DNA of 64,000 nt from Candidatus Dojkabacteria bacterium (lineage in GTDB: Bacteria; Patescibacteriota; Dojkabacteria; J137), in NCBI GenBank assembly GCA_025999215.1, contig AP024679.1, positions 433,082 to 497,081 on the forward strand, in the 5' to 3' direction. The notes under the pieces are model-generated. The model was not told the DNA's origin. It searched no databases and was given only the letters and a program-made list of their open reading frames with translations. This document shows, in pieces, positions 39,661 to 49,735 of the stretch. The position numbers were made by a program, and so were the translations under genes. Position 1 is the stretch's first letter, and every line of letters begins with the position of its first letter.

Positions 39661-40874
39661 AAAAAATAAAAATAGAAATTAGTCTACAATCGTTTTTTTT
39701 ACTTTTTCTTGCAATATTTGCTTTGTATATAGCTTACTTGCTTAGAGAAATTTTGTTACTTCTTTTTTTGGCTTTTATTATTAATTCAGGTTTGAGACCG
39801 TTGGTAGATAAACTAGAGCAAAAAAATATACCTAGAGTTTTAAGTATCGCAATAATTTATTTTTTTGCAATCAGCGTAATTATTCTTTTGATTTCAATCA
39901 TTGTTTCTGCATTAATAAATCAAGCTAATGATCTTTTTAGTTCTCTTCCTGTTTTTGTTGAAGATACGCTTGTTGAATTAAGGGAGGATGTGCCTGCAAT
40001 TAGAGAATATTTGGATAATAATGATATAAATTTAATTGTAAATGATTTACAAAATACCATTAAAGAATTAAATGGTTTAGAAGATATAAATACCAATAAT
40101 GTGATATCTATTCTTGCATACTTTGTTGAGTTGTTGGCAAGAGAAGGTTTGTCTGTTTTTCAAACTGTTTCTGGAGTATTGTTTTCAATTTTTATAGTCA
40201 TTGTAACTTCAATTTACATGTTGAGTAAAAAAGAAGATGTTTATGAGGGAATTGTTAAATTGCTTCCGTCGCAAACCTCTAAAAAAGTGACGAGTATTTT
40301 AAAAAAGATTGAAACTGGGCTAGGAGAATGGTTAATAGCAATTATCACTGTAATTTTGATAATAGGTTTTCTTGCTTACTTAATAATATCAATACCGAGC
40401 CTTTTCTTGAGTATTGATGATTATGAAGTAGCTAGGTTTGCTGTAATTATCGGGCTTGTGTCGGGTTTAATGGAGTTGATACCGCAGATAGGTGCTTTAA
40501 TTGCTTTTATATTTGCTGTTGGTTTGACCATTATTACAGGTGGTTCGCTTCCAATTGTTATTTATGTTGCAATTATGTTTTTATTGCTTCAACAAGCTGA
40601 AGGGTTGATAATCAGCCCAATTGTAATGAAAAAAGTTGTTGATATTGATCCAGTTTTGAGCATTTTTACGGTTTTGGCAGGTTTTAAACTCGGAGGAGCA
40701 TTTTTAGCGGCGCTAAGTATTCCTTTAATTGTTACATTTCAGATTATAGTAGCAGAGTTATCCAATGAATGGAAAGAACATCAAAAGAGAAAAATGCATC
40801 AAAGAGAGGAAGCAGAACAAAAAATTACTAATGAACTGAAAAATGTTTGGAAAAATATTTTTTCTTCTCAATAA
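39657..40874 (+). CDS. AI-2E family transporter (PerM/UPF0118-like permease).
   Basis: The 8-TM topology, length and conserved G/P-rich helix pattern fit this family. Confidence 0.65.
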   Translation: MKKIKIEISLQSFFLLFLAIFALYIAYLLREILLLLFLAFIINSGLRPLVDKLEQKNIPRVLSIAIIYFFAISVIILLISIIVSALINQANDLFSSLPVFVEDTLVELREDVPAIREYLDNNDINLIVNDLQNTIKELNGLEDINTNNVISILAYFVELLAREGLSVFQTVSGVLFSIFIVIVTSIYMLSKKEDVYEGIVKLLPSQTSKKVTSILKKIETGLGEWLIAIITVILIIGFLAYLIISIPSLFLSIDDYEVARFAVIIGLVSGLMELIPQIGALIAFIFAVGLTIITGGSLPIVIYVAIMFLLLQQAEGLIISPIVMKKVVDIDPVLSIFTVLAGFKLGGAFLAALSIPLIVTFQIIVAELSNEWKEHQKRKMHQREEAEQKITNELKNVWKNIFSSQ

Positions 40875-41075
40875 TTTTTAATAATTTGTTTCACAGTCAT
40901 TTTTCTGATTTTACCTTGTGAAAATTAACTAATTAGAATTTATATTTTTGTCTTTTTTATTTTCACACAAACTTTCCCACGTTATGCCTGTGAAATTTTA
41001 TACTTAACTTTGTTAAGTTAATTTTATATTAGCTAGTATGGGTTTTTTTGACTATTTTCACGGGTAAGTTTTATT

Positions 41076-41103
41076 TATGGGGCAATGAAAAATCATTGCC
41101 CCA
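41076..41103. terminator. Candidate bidirectional terminator between the convergent permease gene and nrdJ.
   Basis: It is a perfect 12 bp inverted repeat, ATGGGGCAATGA-aaaa-TCATTGCCCCAT. Confidence 0.45.
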
Positions 41104-41129
41104 TAAACTAATTTCTTTTACTTAAGTCA

Positions 41130-44100
41130 TCAAGAACACCCGGTTGTGCTACCACAATCTTCACAAACTGAACAGCTACCGTTTTTTCTAACATTTACAC
41201 TTCCACAGGTTCCACAAATCTCTCCGGTGTATCCTTTACTTTTTGCTTCCTTTAACAAAGTATCTTCATCAAGAGTTCCATCAAAGCTTATTTGTTGTTC
41301 TAGCTTCATTTGTACAGGATCAGTAACGATTGGTTTAAAACTTTGCATATTGTCTTCATCATTTTCGTTATCAAAATTTAAAACTTCAGTATGTCCCTTT
41401 CCATTGATATGTGGAATTCTGATTCTAAAGTTACTTCCTTCTCTATAAGACTTTTCTACTAGCTCTTCGTTGTGATAGTATTTTGCAGTCTCTTTATCCA
41501 AAAACTTTAATGCTAACCATCTTGCTATATAGTCTATTAGTGATTTAGCAATAGGAATTTCTTTATTGCTGGTCATTCCACTTGGTTCAAATTTAGAGTT
41601 TGTAAACTTTTCAACCAAAACTTCTAGAGGAACTCCGTACTGCAAATTTAGTGAAAGTGATGTTGCAAAAGCATCCATTATACCTGATAAGGTGCTTCCA
41701 GCTTTGGAGATTACCAAGAATATTTCTCCTGGTGTACCATCTTCAAAAAGCCCTACAGTGATATAACCTTCAATTGCGCCTACAGTAAATTTATGAGTGA
41801 TGCTGTGTCTTTCATCAGGTAATCTTTTTCGCTTAACTGTGCTCTGCTCTTTCATTACAATGGTTTGTACAGCTTTAGAATCAACGTCTTCTGATACTAC
41901 TTCTTCATCGTTAAAGTTAAATAATTCTGCATAAGAACTTTTATCAGAGCTCGAATTTAGAGGTTGGCTTAATTTTGAACCATCTCTATACAAAGCATTC
42001 GCTTTGAGCATGAGCCTCCAACCTTCCCAGTATGCTTGCTCAACATCTTCAAGTGTTGCATCTTCTGGTAGATTAACGGTCTTACTGATAGCTCCAGATA
42101 TGAATGGTTGCGCTGCAGCCATTTGTTTCAAATGTCCAAGTGTTGCAATATATCTTTCACCTTTTGTTCCACATTTATTTGCGCAATCAAATACCTTTAG
42201 ATGCTCTGGTTTGATGTGAGGAGCTCCTTCGATTGTCATTGTTCCGCACGCGTACTCGCTTGCAGCTGATATCTCTTCATCGCTAAAACCGATGGCTTTG
42301 AGAATATCAAGATTGCTATTATTTAGTTCTTCATCACTTAAGCCTAAAACATCTTTACAGAATTCTTCACCGAGAATCCATTTGTTGAATGCATGCCTTA
42401 TTTCAAAAGCATTTTTGAGCCCTCCTTCTACAGCCATAATCTCTTTATCTGTAAAACCTTTTGACTTTAGAACTTCATGATTTATAAAAGGAGCGTTTTG
42501 AAGTGTAGCATGACCTATTATATATTTGATTATCTCATCAATTTGCTTTTTGCTGTAACCTAATTTTTGTAATGCAGGTTCTACTGATTGATTTACAATC
42601 TTGAAATATCCTCCACCTACTAATTTTTTAAATTTAACCAAAGCGAAATCTGGTTCAATTCCTGTAGTATCGCAATCCATAACCAATCCAATTGTTCCTG
42701 TAGGTGCAATTACAGAAACTTGAGCATTTCTGTATCCGTACTTTTCACCTAAATCAAGAGCAAAATCCCATGCTTTGCGAGCTTCCTCCAAAAGATATTT
42801 GGGAGCAAATTTTGGGTTAATTCCCATTGGTTTTATGGTTAATCCTTCATACTCATTTTCATTAGCGTTGTATGCTGCTCTACGATGATTTCTAATTACT
42901 CTCATCATGTGTTCTTTGTTCGCTTCAAATCTTTCAAAACTTCCTCGTACTTTTGCTAACTCTGCAGAAGTTGCGTATGATTCTCCGGTGAGTATTGCCG
43001 TAAGTGATCCGGTAATTGCAAAACCTTCTTCACTATCGTAAGGAATACCTTGTCTCATTAAAAGTGATCCAATGTTAGCATATCCGAGTCCGAGAGTTCT
43101 GTATTTGTAAGTTAGCTCCGCTATTTCTTTTCCGGGTAAATGTGACATTAAAACTGAAATTTCAAGGACAATTGTCCAAAGTCTTATTGCATGTTTGTAT
43201 GTTTCAACATCAAATTTTCCAGTTTTGTCATCATAAAATTTTACAAGATTAAGTGATGCAAGATTACAAGCAGTATTATCCAAAAACATATATTCTGAAC
43301 ACGGATTGCTCGCATTTATCTTTCCATCAGCGGGGCAGGTATGCCATTCATTGATTGTTGTGTCAAACTGTACCCCAGGATCTGCAGATTGCCATGCAGC
43401 TCTAATAATTTGTTCCCACAGATCTCTTGCTTTAACGGTTTTGTAAACTCCCCCATCTGTCCTATTTCTTAATTTCCACTCTTTGTCTTGTTGAACCGCT
43501 TCAAGGAATTCATTAGTTATTCTTACTGAATTATTAGAATTTTGACCACTTACAGTTGAGTAAGCTTCAGATCTAAAATCTGTATCGTATTTTTCAAGAG
43601 TAAACTCCTCGCTTGAGACTCCATTTTCAACTAGCATCAAAGCTTGTTTTATGAAGTTTAGTGGAACAAAATTATCGTGTGCTTCTTTAATTAATTTTTT
43701 TAATTCTTTATTAGTTTCGGGATTAATTCCTTTTTGTTCAGCTGATTGCATTATTTTCTTAAGATGAAGATAATTTACATGCGATCCACTTACTAGAGCA
43801 GCTACCTTTTGTTCTTCTACTACTTTCCAATTTATAAACTCTTCTATCTCTGGGTGATCCATGTCAACACAAACCATTTTAGCGGCTCTTCGAGTAGTAC
43901 CGCCACTTTTGATTGCTCCTGCTGCTGAGTCAAAAACCTTCAAAAAGCTCATTAGTCCTGATGAAGTTCCTCCACCACTTAACAATTCACCCTTTCCTCT
44001 AATTGGTGAAAAATTAGTTCCTGTACCAGATCCGTATTTAAATAATCTTGCTTCTTTTAACACAAGATCAAAAATTCCACCTTCATTTACTAAATCATCT

Positions 44101-44744
44101 TCAACTGATTGAATGAAACAAGCGTGAAGTTGAGAACGGGTATAAGCATCTTCTGATAATTTAGTTTCACCAGTTAGTTCATCCACATAGTAGTGACCCT
44201 GTGGAGCGCCTGTGAGACCGTATGCATAATTTAATCCTGTATTAAACCATTGAGGACTGTTGGGCGCACCAATTTGCATAGTTATCATGTATGCGAGTTC
44301 ATCTTGAAAAGCATCTGCATCTTCTTTGCTATTGAAGTATCCATACTCTTCTCCCCAGTGTCTCCAAGCACCGGCTAGCCTTGTAGCTACTTGTTTGATT
44401 GAATTTTCGCCACCCAAAATTACATTACCTTCTTTATCTTTTCTAAGTTCACCTTTAGAGTTTCTTTGAGGAACTCCCTTTTTTCTGCAATATTTTTGAG
44501 CAAGAATGTCTGTAGCCATTTGGCTCCATGAAACAGGAACCTCAACATTTTTCATTTCAAAAACTACTGATCCATCTGGATTCACAATTTTTGAAGATCT
44601 GAATTCAAACTCAATACCATCATACCAATTTTCTTTACCTTTAGTAAAAACTCTTTTAATCTTCAAACCTTTTGATCCGATGTTATCCTTTATTCTTTTT
44701 GAAACATCGGTTGGGCTGATGTTTTTTTGTGGTGAACTGTCCAT
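41130..44744 (-). CDS. nrdJ: Class II (adenosylcobalamin-dependent) ribonucleotide reductase, 1204 aa, with a C-terminal Zn-ribbon.
   Basis: The N-terminus VFTKGKENWYDGIEFEFRSSKIVNPDGSVVFEMKNVEVPVSWSQMATDILAQKYC is typical of class II RNR. The active-site region is NPCSEYMFLDNTACNLASLNL. The C-terminal Cys cluster is CGTCGS...CSVCEDCG. Confidence 0.9.
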   Translation of the reverse strand: MDSSPQKNISPTDVSKRIKDNIGSKGLKIKRVFTKGKENWYDGIEFEFRSSKIVNPDGSVVFEMKNVEVPVSWSQMATDILAQKYCRKKGVPQRNSKGELRKDKEGNVILGGENSIKQVATRLAGAWRHWGEEYGYFNSKEDADAFQDELAYMITMQIGAPNSPQWFNTGLNYAYGLTGAPQGHYYVDELTGETKLSEDAYTRSQLHACFIQSVEDDLVNEGGIFDLVLKEARLFKYGSGTGTNFSPIRGKGELLSGGGTSSGLMSFLKVFDSAAGAIKSGGTTRRAAKMVCVDMDHPEIEEFINWKVVEEQKVAALVSGSHVNYLHLKKIMQSAEQKGINPETNKELKKLIKEAHDNFVPLNFIKQALMLVENGVSSEEFTLEKYDTDFRSEAYSTVSGQNSNNSVRITNEFLEAVQQDKEWKLRNRTDGGVYKTVKARDLWEQIIRAAWQSADPGVQFDTTINEWHTCPADGKINASNPCSEYMFLDNTACNLASLNLVKFYDDKTGKFDVETYKHAIRLWTIVLEISVLMSHLPGKEIAELTYKYRTLGLGYANIGSLLMRQGIPYDSEEGFAITGSLTAILTGESYATSAELAKVRGSFERFEANKEHMMRVIRNHRRAAYNANENEYEGLTIKPMGINPKFAPKYLLEEARKAWDFALDLGEKYGYRNAQVSVIAPTGTIGLVMDCDTTGIEPDFALVKFKKLVGGGYFKIVNQSVEPALQKLGYSKKQIDEIIKYIIGHATLQNAPFINHEVLKSKGFTDKEIMAVEGGLKNAFEIRHAFNKWILGEEFCKDVLGLSDEELNNSNLDILKAIGFSDEEISAASEYACGTMTIEGAPHIKPEHLKVFDCANKCGTKGERYIATLGHLKQMAAAQPFISGAISKTVNLPEDATLEDVEQAYWEGWRLMLKANALYRDGSKLSQPLNSSSDKSSYAELFNFNDEEVVSEDVDSKAVQTIVMKEQSTVKRKRLPDERHSITHKFTVGAIEGYITVGLFEDGTPGEIFLVISKAGSTLSGIMDAFATSLSLNLQYGVPLEVLVEKFTNSKFEPSGMTSNKEIPIAKSLIDYIARWLALKFLDKETAKYYHNEELVEKSYREGSNFRIRIPHINGKGHTEVLNFDNENDEDNMQSFKPIVTDPVQMKLEQQISFDGTLDEDTLLKEAKSKGYTGEICGTCGSVNVRKNGSCSVCEDCGSTTGCS

Positions 44745-44777
44745 TCTAAAAAAAATAAAAAATAAATTAAATTTTAA

Positions 44778-45231
44778 TTATTCAGATAGTCTTTTTAATT
44801 CGTTTTCGACATCCTCCAATGTTTGAAATTCTTTGTAAACTGCTGCAAAAAGTAATGCACCAAGTTTATCAATCTTATTTAAATGTTTAAGTACCAAATT
44901 TCCAATTTCTTGAGAGCTTACAGATGTTTGATTTTTTTTATTCATTAGTGTTATTTCTATTTCATCAATCATTTGTTCAATTTTTTCATCAGGAATTCCT
45001 CTCTTGGCGGTAGCCTTTAGAATTCCGCGCTTTAGTTTTTCTCTGTCAAATTCTTCAATGTTGCCATTACGTTTTAAAACATTAAGTATAACTTTTTCTA
45101 TTCGCTCGTATGTTGTGAACCTTTTGCCACAATTTTCGCATTCTCTTCTTCTTCGTACGACATTTGTGCTTAAATTATCGCGTTTATCTATTACTCTAGT
45201 GTTAGTTTTTTTACAATAAGGACATACCATA
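44778..45231 (-). CDS. nrdR: Transcriptional repressor NrdR. The true start is most likely the internal Met (MVCPYC) rather than the upstream ATG at 45266.
   Basis: It has the Zn-ribbon MVCPYCKK...CENCGKRFTTYE followed by an ATP-cone domain. Confidence 0.9.
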
Positions 45232-45287
45232 CTCAACAAATTGTGTTTATGCCATACTTTACACACAACCTATTGTGGTGTCAAGCT
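45230..45287 (-). promoter_or_regulatory. nrdR-nrdJ promoter (TTGACA-17-TAAAGT) with two NrdR-box-like 16-mers. Box B lies in the spacer and box A overlaps the start codon, about 33 bp centre-to-centre.
   Basis: On the sense strand, box B is ACACAACCTATTGTGG and box A is ACACAATTTGTTGAGT. Each matches 13/16 positions of the acaCwAtATaTwGtgt consensus. Confidence 0.5.
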
Positions 45288-45407
45288 ATTTTAAAAAATT
45301 TCTGAAGTTATTATTTTATCTCAAAAATCTCATATTTTAATTTACTATAGGATAAGTTTAAACAAATTTTTTATAAAAAATTTTTTACATGTTAATATTA
45401 TCTAACT

Positions 45408-46841
45408 ATGAAAAATTGGATACACATTACTGGGGTTTGTGGTAAAGCAACATCATTAGTTGCCTACATGTTCAAAGATCTTGGTTGGTTTGTAACTGGC
45501 TCAGATATTCAATATTTTCCACCAGCAAGCGATTTTTTGGTTAAGAATAAAATTCCGCATGCAGAGGGTTACACTTTTAAACACTTAACCAAAAATTTTT
45601 GGCTAAAGCTAGGATATATTCCTCCTAAAGATAATCCTGATATTTGCATGGTTATTAGTACAGTATCTAGAAACAATCCAGAGCTAAAGTATGCCATGGC
45701 AAGAAATATAAAAGTTATGCCCATGTCTCAAATTCTTGGAGAGTATTTAGTAAAAAAAGAGTCAATTGTGGTTGTAGGTAGCTCTGGAAAAACAACTACA
45801 ACAGCTATGTGCGCCTTTGCTCTTTCAAAGTTGGGCTACAATCCGAGCTTTATGATTGGTGCTGATGTTTTAGATTTTGAATATTCAATAAGTAACACTG
45901 ACTCAATATGGAGTGTGGTTGAGGGTGATGAGTATCACAACATAGATCCTATAATTGAAGGAAAACCTAAATTTATGGAGTATAAGCCAAAGTATATAAT
46001 TTTAACTAATTTAAACTGGGAACATCAGGATGTTTTTAAAACCTTTGAGAATTATTTGGATGCTTTTGCTGATTTGATTAGACTTTTACCGGAAGATGGT
46101 TTGCTAGTTTATAACCAAGACGATGCTAATATTTCAAAACTTTTAACAACAATAAGCGATGAAATAAGACCTAGAATGATATCTTTTGGGGAAGGTGTGA
46201 AAAGTAATTATTTTTATAAATATTCAATAGATAATTCCAAAACTAAATTTGTTTTGCATAAAAATAAACAAGAAATTTGTAGGGGTGAGACTACATTGTT
46301 GGGTAGCTATAATATTGCGAATATTACCGCCGTTTTTGCTCTGCTTGATTCTTTGGGGCTTAATTTAACTAACTTTTCAGAAATAATTTCAAAGTTTAGA
46401 GGTGTGCGAAAAAGACTTGAAATTTTATTTCAAAGTGAAAATTTAGTTGTGATTGATGATTTTGGAGTTGCGCCATCAAGGGCTAAGAGAACTCTTGAAA
46501 CTATAAAAAAATATTATCCAGATAAAAAAATTGTGGTGGTTTTTGATCCAAACGCTGGTAGCAGAATAAAAGATAAAAGTGTTTTTAAAGAAGTTTATGA
46601 AAATTCGTTTCAACATGCAGATTTTTTGTACATACCGGAATTGTCAAATTTTGATGAAAATTTACTGTCAAGAGATAAAATGATTGAATATTTAAAAGAG
46701 ATGAATTTTAAAGTTTTTGAAACACTTGAATGGCTAGAAGAAATTAAAAGTATAGTAAAAAAAGAACAATGTGTTGTGGTTTTTTTGAGTAGTTATCGTT
46801 TAACTAAAATATCGCACGATTTTGCCAAAAAGTTTTTATAA
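45408..46841 (+). CDS. Mur ligase family protein (Mpl/MurC-like).
   Basis: The N-terminus IHITGVCGKATSLVAYMFKDLGWFVTGSDIQYFPPAS parallels the Mpl/MurC Rossmann N-domain. The P-loop VVGSSGKTTTTAM is present. Confidence 0.65.
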   Translation: MKNWIHITGVCGKATSLVAYMFKDLGWFVTGSDIQYFPPASDFLVKNKIPHAEGYTFKHLTKNFWLKLGYIPPKDNPDICMVISTVSRNNPELKYAMARNIKVMPMSQILGEYLVKKESIVVVGSSGKTTTTAMCAFALSKLGYNPSFMIGADVLDFEYSISNTDSIWSVVEGDEYHNIDPIIEGKPKFMEYKPKYIILTNLNWEHQDVFKTFENYLDAFADLIRLLPEDGLLVYNQDDANISKLLTTISDEIRPRMISFGEGVKSNYFYKYSIDNSKTKFVLHKNKQEICRGETTLLGSYNIANITAVFALLDSLGLNLTNFSEIISKFRGVRKRLEILFQSENLVVIDDFGVAPSRAKRTLETIKKYYPDKKIVVVFDPNAGSRIKDKSVFKEVYENSFQHADFLYIPELSNFDENLLSRDKMIEYLKEMNFKVFETLEWLEEIKSIVKKEQCVVVFLSSYRLTKISHDFAKKFL

Positions 46842-46893
46842 TTTGTTTAAACAATTCTGATGTGTTAGAATGATATAGTAATATAATCAAGTT

Positions 46894-47832
46894 ATGTGGG
46901 AGCTATTTTTAGTACTTTTTTGGGCATTTATATTTGTTTCACCGGTACTTATTTTTTTGTTGTTACTTAGCTTTTTTACTGTTGAACAGCAGACTGTTGC
47001 TATTGTAGAACGTTTTGGAAAATTTTCTAGATTATCTGGGCCTGGACTTCATTTTAAAATCCCGTTGATTGAAAGGATAGCTGGTAGATTGTCTCTTAGA
47101 GTACAACAATTAGATGTGGTTGCTGAGACTAAAACAAAAGACAATGTATTTGTTCATATTACAGTTTCTGTTCAATACTTTGTTATTCCAGAAAAAGTAT
47201 ATGAGGCTTTTTATAAACTAGATGATCCAAAAGAACAGATTAATTCTTACGTTTTTGATGTGATTAGGTCTAGGGTTCCTAGAATTAGTATTGACAAATT
47301 ATTTGAGGAGAAAGAAGAAATAGCACAAGCTATAAAAGTTGAGTTAAATGACACTATGCAGGCTTTTGGTTTTGAGATATTAAATTCATTAGTTACAGAC
47401 ATAAATCCAGATGCGAAAGTGAAAGAAGCAATGAACGAAATAATTGCAGCGGAAAGACTAAAAGTAGCAGCAAAAGAAAAAGCAGAGGCAGCAAAGATTA
47501 TGAAAGTTAAAGAAGCTGAGGCTGACGCTGAATCCAAAGCTTTGCAAGGTAAAGGTATTGCTGATCAAAGGACTGCAATAGTCAACGGTCTCAAAGAATC
47601 TGTGGAAGATTTTCAAAGCGGAATTCCCGGAACATCAGCACAAGATGTTATGAACCTTGTATTGATGACTCAATATTTTGATACCCTACAATCATTAGGG
47701 CAAACTTCAAATACAATTCTAATACCCCATTCACCAGGCGGAATGAGTGATTTGATGGAGCAAATGCGTAATGCTTTGATACAATCAGACATGGTTTCAG
47801 AAGCCAATAAAAAAAAGATCGATGCTGATTAA
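46894..47832 (+). CDS. SPFH/band-7 (stomatin/prohibitin-like) membrane protein.
   Basis: An N-terminal TM segment is followed by QQTVAIVERFGKFSRLSGPGLHFKIPLIERI and a C-terminal coiled-coil EAEKAK region. Confidence 0.8.
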   Translation: MWELFLVLFWAFIFVSPVLIFLLLLSFFTVEQQTVAIVERFGKFSRLSGPGLHFKIPLIERIAGRLSLRVQQLDVVAETKTKDNVFVHITVSVQYFVIPEKVYEAFYKLDDPKEQINSYVFDVIRSRVPRISIDKLFEEKEEIAQAIKVELNDTMQAFGFEILNSLVTDINPDAKVKEAMNEIIAAERLKVAAKEKAEAAKIMKVKEAEADAESKALQGKGIADQRTAIVNGLKESVEDFQSGIPGTSAQDVMNLVLMTQYFDTLQSLGQTSNTILIPHSPGGMSDLMEQMRNALIQSDMVSEANKKKIDAD

Positions 47833-47849
47833 TTTTTTAAATTAACAAA

Positions 47850-48791
47850 TTGTCTAAAGTAAAGTCTGCTAAAGAGATTCTTCTTGATTATGATATTTTG
47901 AAGGGTGATGGAAATCGCCACCCTAAGCATGAGTTTCAGGCTTATGCTTATAGGCTTGCACATGATCTTAATGATTTGGTTAATCTAAAAATTTATATGA
48001 GATTAGCTAAAAACGTTGAAAGAACCCTGCTTGAGCAAGCATATGCATATGCAATCGATTCAAAGACAGAAGAAAAAGCTAAAATTTTTTTGTGGAAAGT
48101 CAAAGATTTGAGAAAAAAGTTGTCGCAGCTAAAAATCACTAGTTCTTTCGATTATGAAATAATAATTAAGCAAATGACAAAACTTCGTAATGATTTGGCA
48201 GAAGATATTGTTAAGAAAAATAATAAAACTTTTTTAGCTCAAGATATTAATCATTTTAGAATTTTGTTATCTGAATTTTTTGATAACAATACCAAAAAGA
48301 ATAATGTTTTGTTTGTAGGTCTTGATTGTATTGAGTTAGTAAGTCTTTTTAATCATCAAAATTTCCGTATTTTTGGTATAGAATACGCAAGAAATTTAAC
48401 AAATCTGTTTAAAAAACATTTTAAAATAAAAAATTTCGCCAAACAAAAATTTATAACTAAAGATTTTTTAAAAAATTCTTATAAAAATGAACAGTTTGAT
48501 TTGGTAGTTTTAAATTCTTATTGGAATTTTGTACCAACTGGAGTTGAAAAAATTTTTTTTAATGAATTAGCTAGAATCTCTAAAAGTAAAATTTTGATGA
48601 GTGTTAAATTTGCTAAGGAAACTACACAGACTTGGGATAAGTTTGTTGCTAAGGATACTGAATATTTATATTTTCAAAAAACAAACAGTTTTGATGATTT
48701 TAATTCACTACTTCATGTTTTAAATTTACAGGTAATTAAAAATGAACAATGTAATTCTAAATATTTATATTTAATCGAGAAGAAATTATGA
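47850..48791 (+). CDS. Hypothetical protein, with a possible methyltransferase-like C-terminal half.
   Basis: VLFVGLDCIELV...FDLVVLNSYW loosely resembles SAM-MTase motifs I and II. Confidence 0.35.
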   Translation: MSKVKSAKEILLDYDILKGDGNRHPKHEFQAYAYRLAHDLNDLVNLKIYMRLAKNVERTLLEQAYAYAIDSKTEEKAKIFLWKVKDLRKKLSQLKITSSFDYEIIIKQMTKLRNDLAEDIVKKNNKTFLAQDINHFRILLSEFFDNNTKKNNVLFVGLDCIELVSLFNHQNFRIFGIEYARNLTNLFKKHFKIKNFAKQKFITKDFLKNSYKNEQFDLVVLNSYWNFVPTGVEKIFFNELARISKSKILMSVKFAKETTQTWDKFVAKDTEYLYFQKTNSFDDFNSLLHVLNLQVIKNEQCNSKYLYLIEKKL

Positions 48792-49450
48792 ATGTAAAGA
48801 TAAATGATTCATGGAAGAATCTATTGCAAGAAGAGTTTGAAAAACAATATTTTAAAGATTTGGCATCATTTGTAAGAGAAGAATATTCAAAATTTAGAGT
48901 TTATCCTCCTGGTAGTAGCATATTCAATGCTTTTGAATTGTGCCCTTTCGATAAAGTTAAAGTTGTAATCTTGGGGCAAGATCCATACCATGGGCCTAAT
49001 CAGGCACATGGCCTTGCTTTTTCTGTAACTGATGGTGTTAAGATTCCGCCTTCACTTCAAAATATTTTTAAGGAAATTAATCAAGAATTTGGAACCCCCA
49101 TTCCAAAAAGTGGTAATTTAGAGAGATGGGCAAAGCAAGGCGTTTTTTTGCTGAACTCAATTTTAACTGTACGAGCTGGTCAACCTGGCTCTCACAAAGG
49201 AAAAGGTTGGGAAATTTTTACTGATAAAGTTATTGAGATTTTGTCAGAAAATAAAAATAATTTAGTTTTTTTACTTTGGGGTAATTTTGCTCAAAACAAA
49301 GCAAGTTTGATTGATTCCAATAGACATTTAATTCTTAAATCACCACATCCATCCCCATACTCAGCAAATAGGGGTTTTTTTGGAAATAAACATTTTATAA
49401 AAACAAATAATTATTTAATTGAAAATAATCTAGAGCCTATCGTTTGGTAA
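48788..49450 (+). CDS. ung: Uracil-DNA glycosylase (family 1).
   Basis: The GQDPYHGPNQAHGLAFSV and HPSPYSA motifs are present. Confidence 0.9.
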   Translation: MNVKINDSWKNLLQEEFEKQYFKDLASFVREEYSKFRVYPPGSSIFNAFELCPFDKVKVVILGQDPYHGPNQAHGLAFSVTDGVKIPPSLQNIFKEINQEFGTPIPKSGNLERWAKQGVFLLNSILTVRAGQPGSHKGKGWEIFTDKVIEILSENKNNLVFLLWGNFAQNKASLIDSNRHLILKSPHPSPYSANRGFFGNKHFIKTNNYLIENNLEPIVW

Positions 49451-49454
49451 GTAA

Positions 49455-49680
49455 GATTGAGGAGAAGAGTTTGGGTTATCCCAAACTCTTCTCCTCATTA
49501 CCTACCTTCAACTTATTCGCCCCCTGTATTCGTTGATATCAAGGTCGACTCTTATGTATTCGAGTATCGAACTAACAGCACCTTTTGATAATTTAATCAA
49601 AGGCTTGGTATTCCCAAATTAAGCTGCGAGGGAGCCTCAATAAACTAATTTTAACACAATGCGTATCAATTTGTCAATAC
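49455..49680 (-). ncRNA. Candidate small non-coding RNA (roughly 185 nt), transcribed from a TTGACA-N17-TTAAAAT promoter on the minus strand and ending at the 17 bp hairpin. Identity unknown.
   Basis: The region is an ORF-free block of elevated GC. The promoter-like hexamers (RC of 49648-49676) have ideal spacing, and the strong terminal hairpin follows. Confidence 0.3.
49460..49497. terminator. Perfect 17 bp stem hairpin (GAGGAGAAGAGTTTGGG-TTAT-CCCAAACTCTTCTCCTC) immediately after ung.
   Basis: The inverted repeat is visible directly. It is GC-rich relative to its surroundings. Confidence 0.5.
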
Positions 49681-49735
49681 TTCTTAGCATCACAACGGTA
49701 TATATTTAAGGCTTACATTTTGATAAAATAAAAAA

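Noticed and set aside
41146-44826. Several 60-106 aa plus-strand ORFs inside nrdJ.
   Set aside because: They are antisense shadow ORFs within a 1204-aa well-supported gene.
49500-49700. Tested whether the GC-rich non-coding block is tmRNA, RNase P RNA or SRP RNA.
   Set aside because: It is too short for tmRNA or RNase P (about 350 nt). It has no tRNA-like TTCGA…CCA 3' end, no GGAA-tetraloop/AGCAGC SRP domain IV signature and no P4 ACAGAAA motif. It is kept only as an unassigned sRNA candidate.
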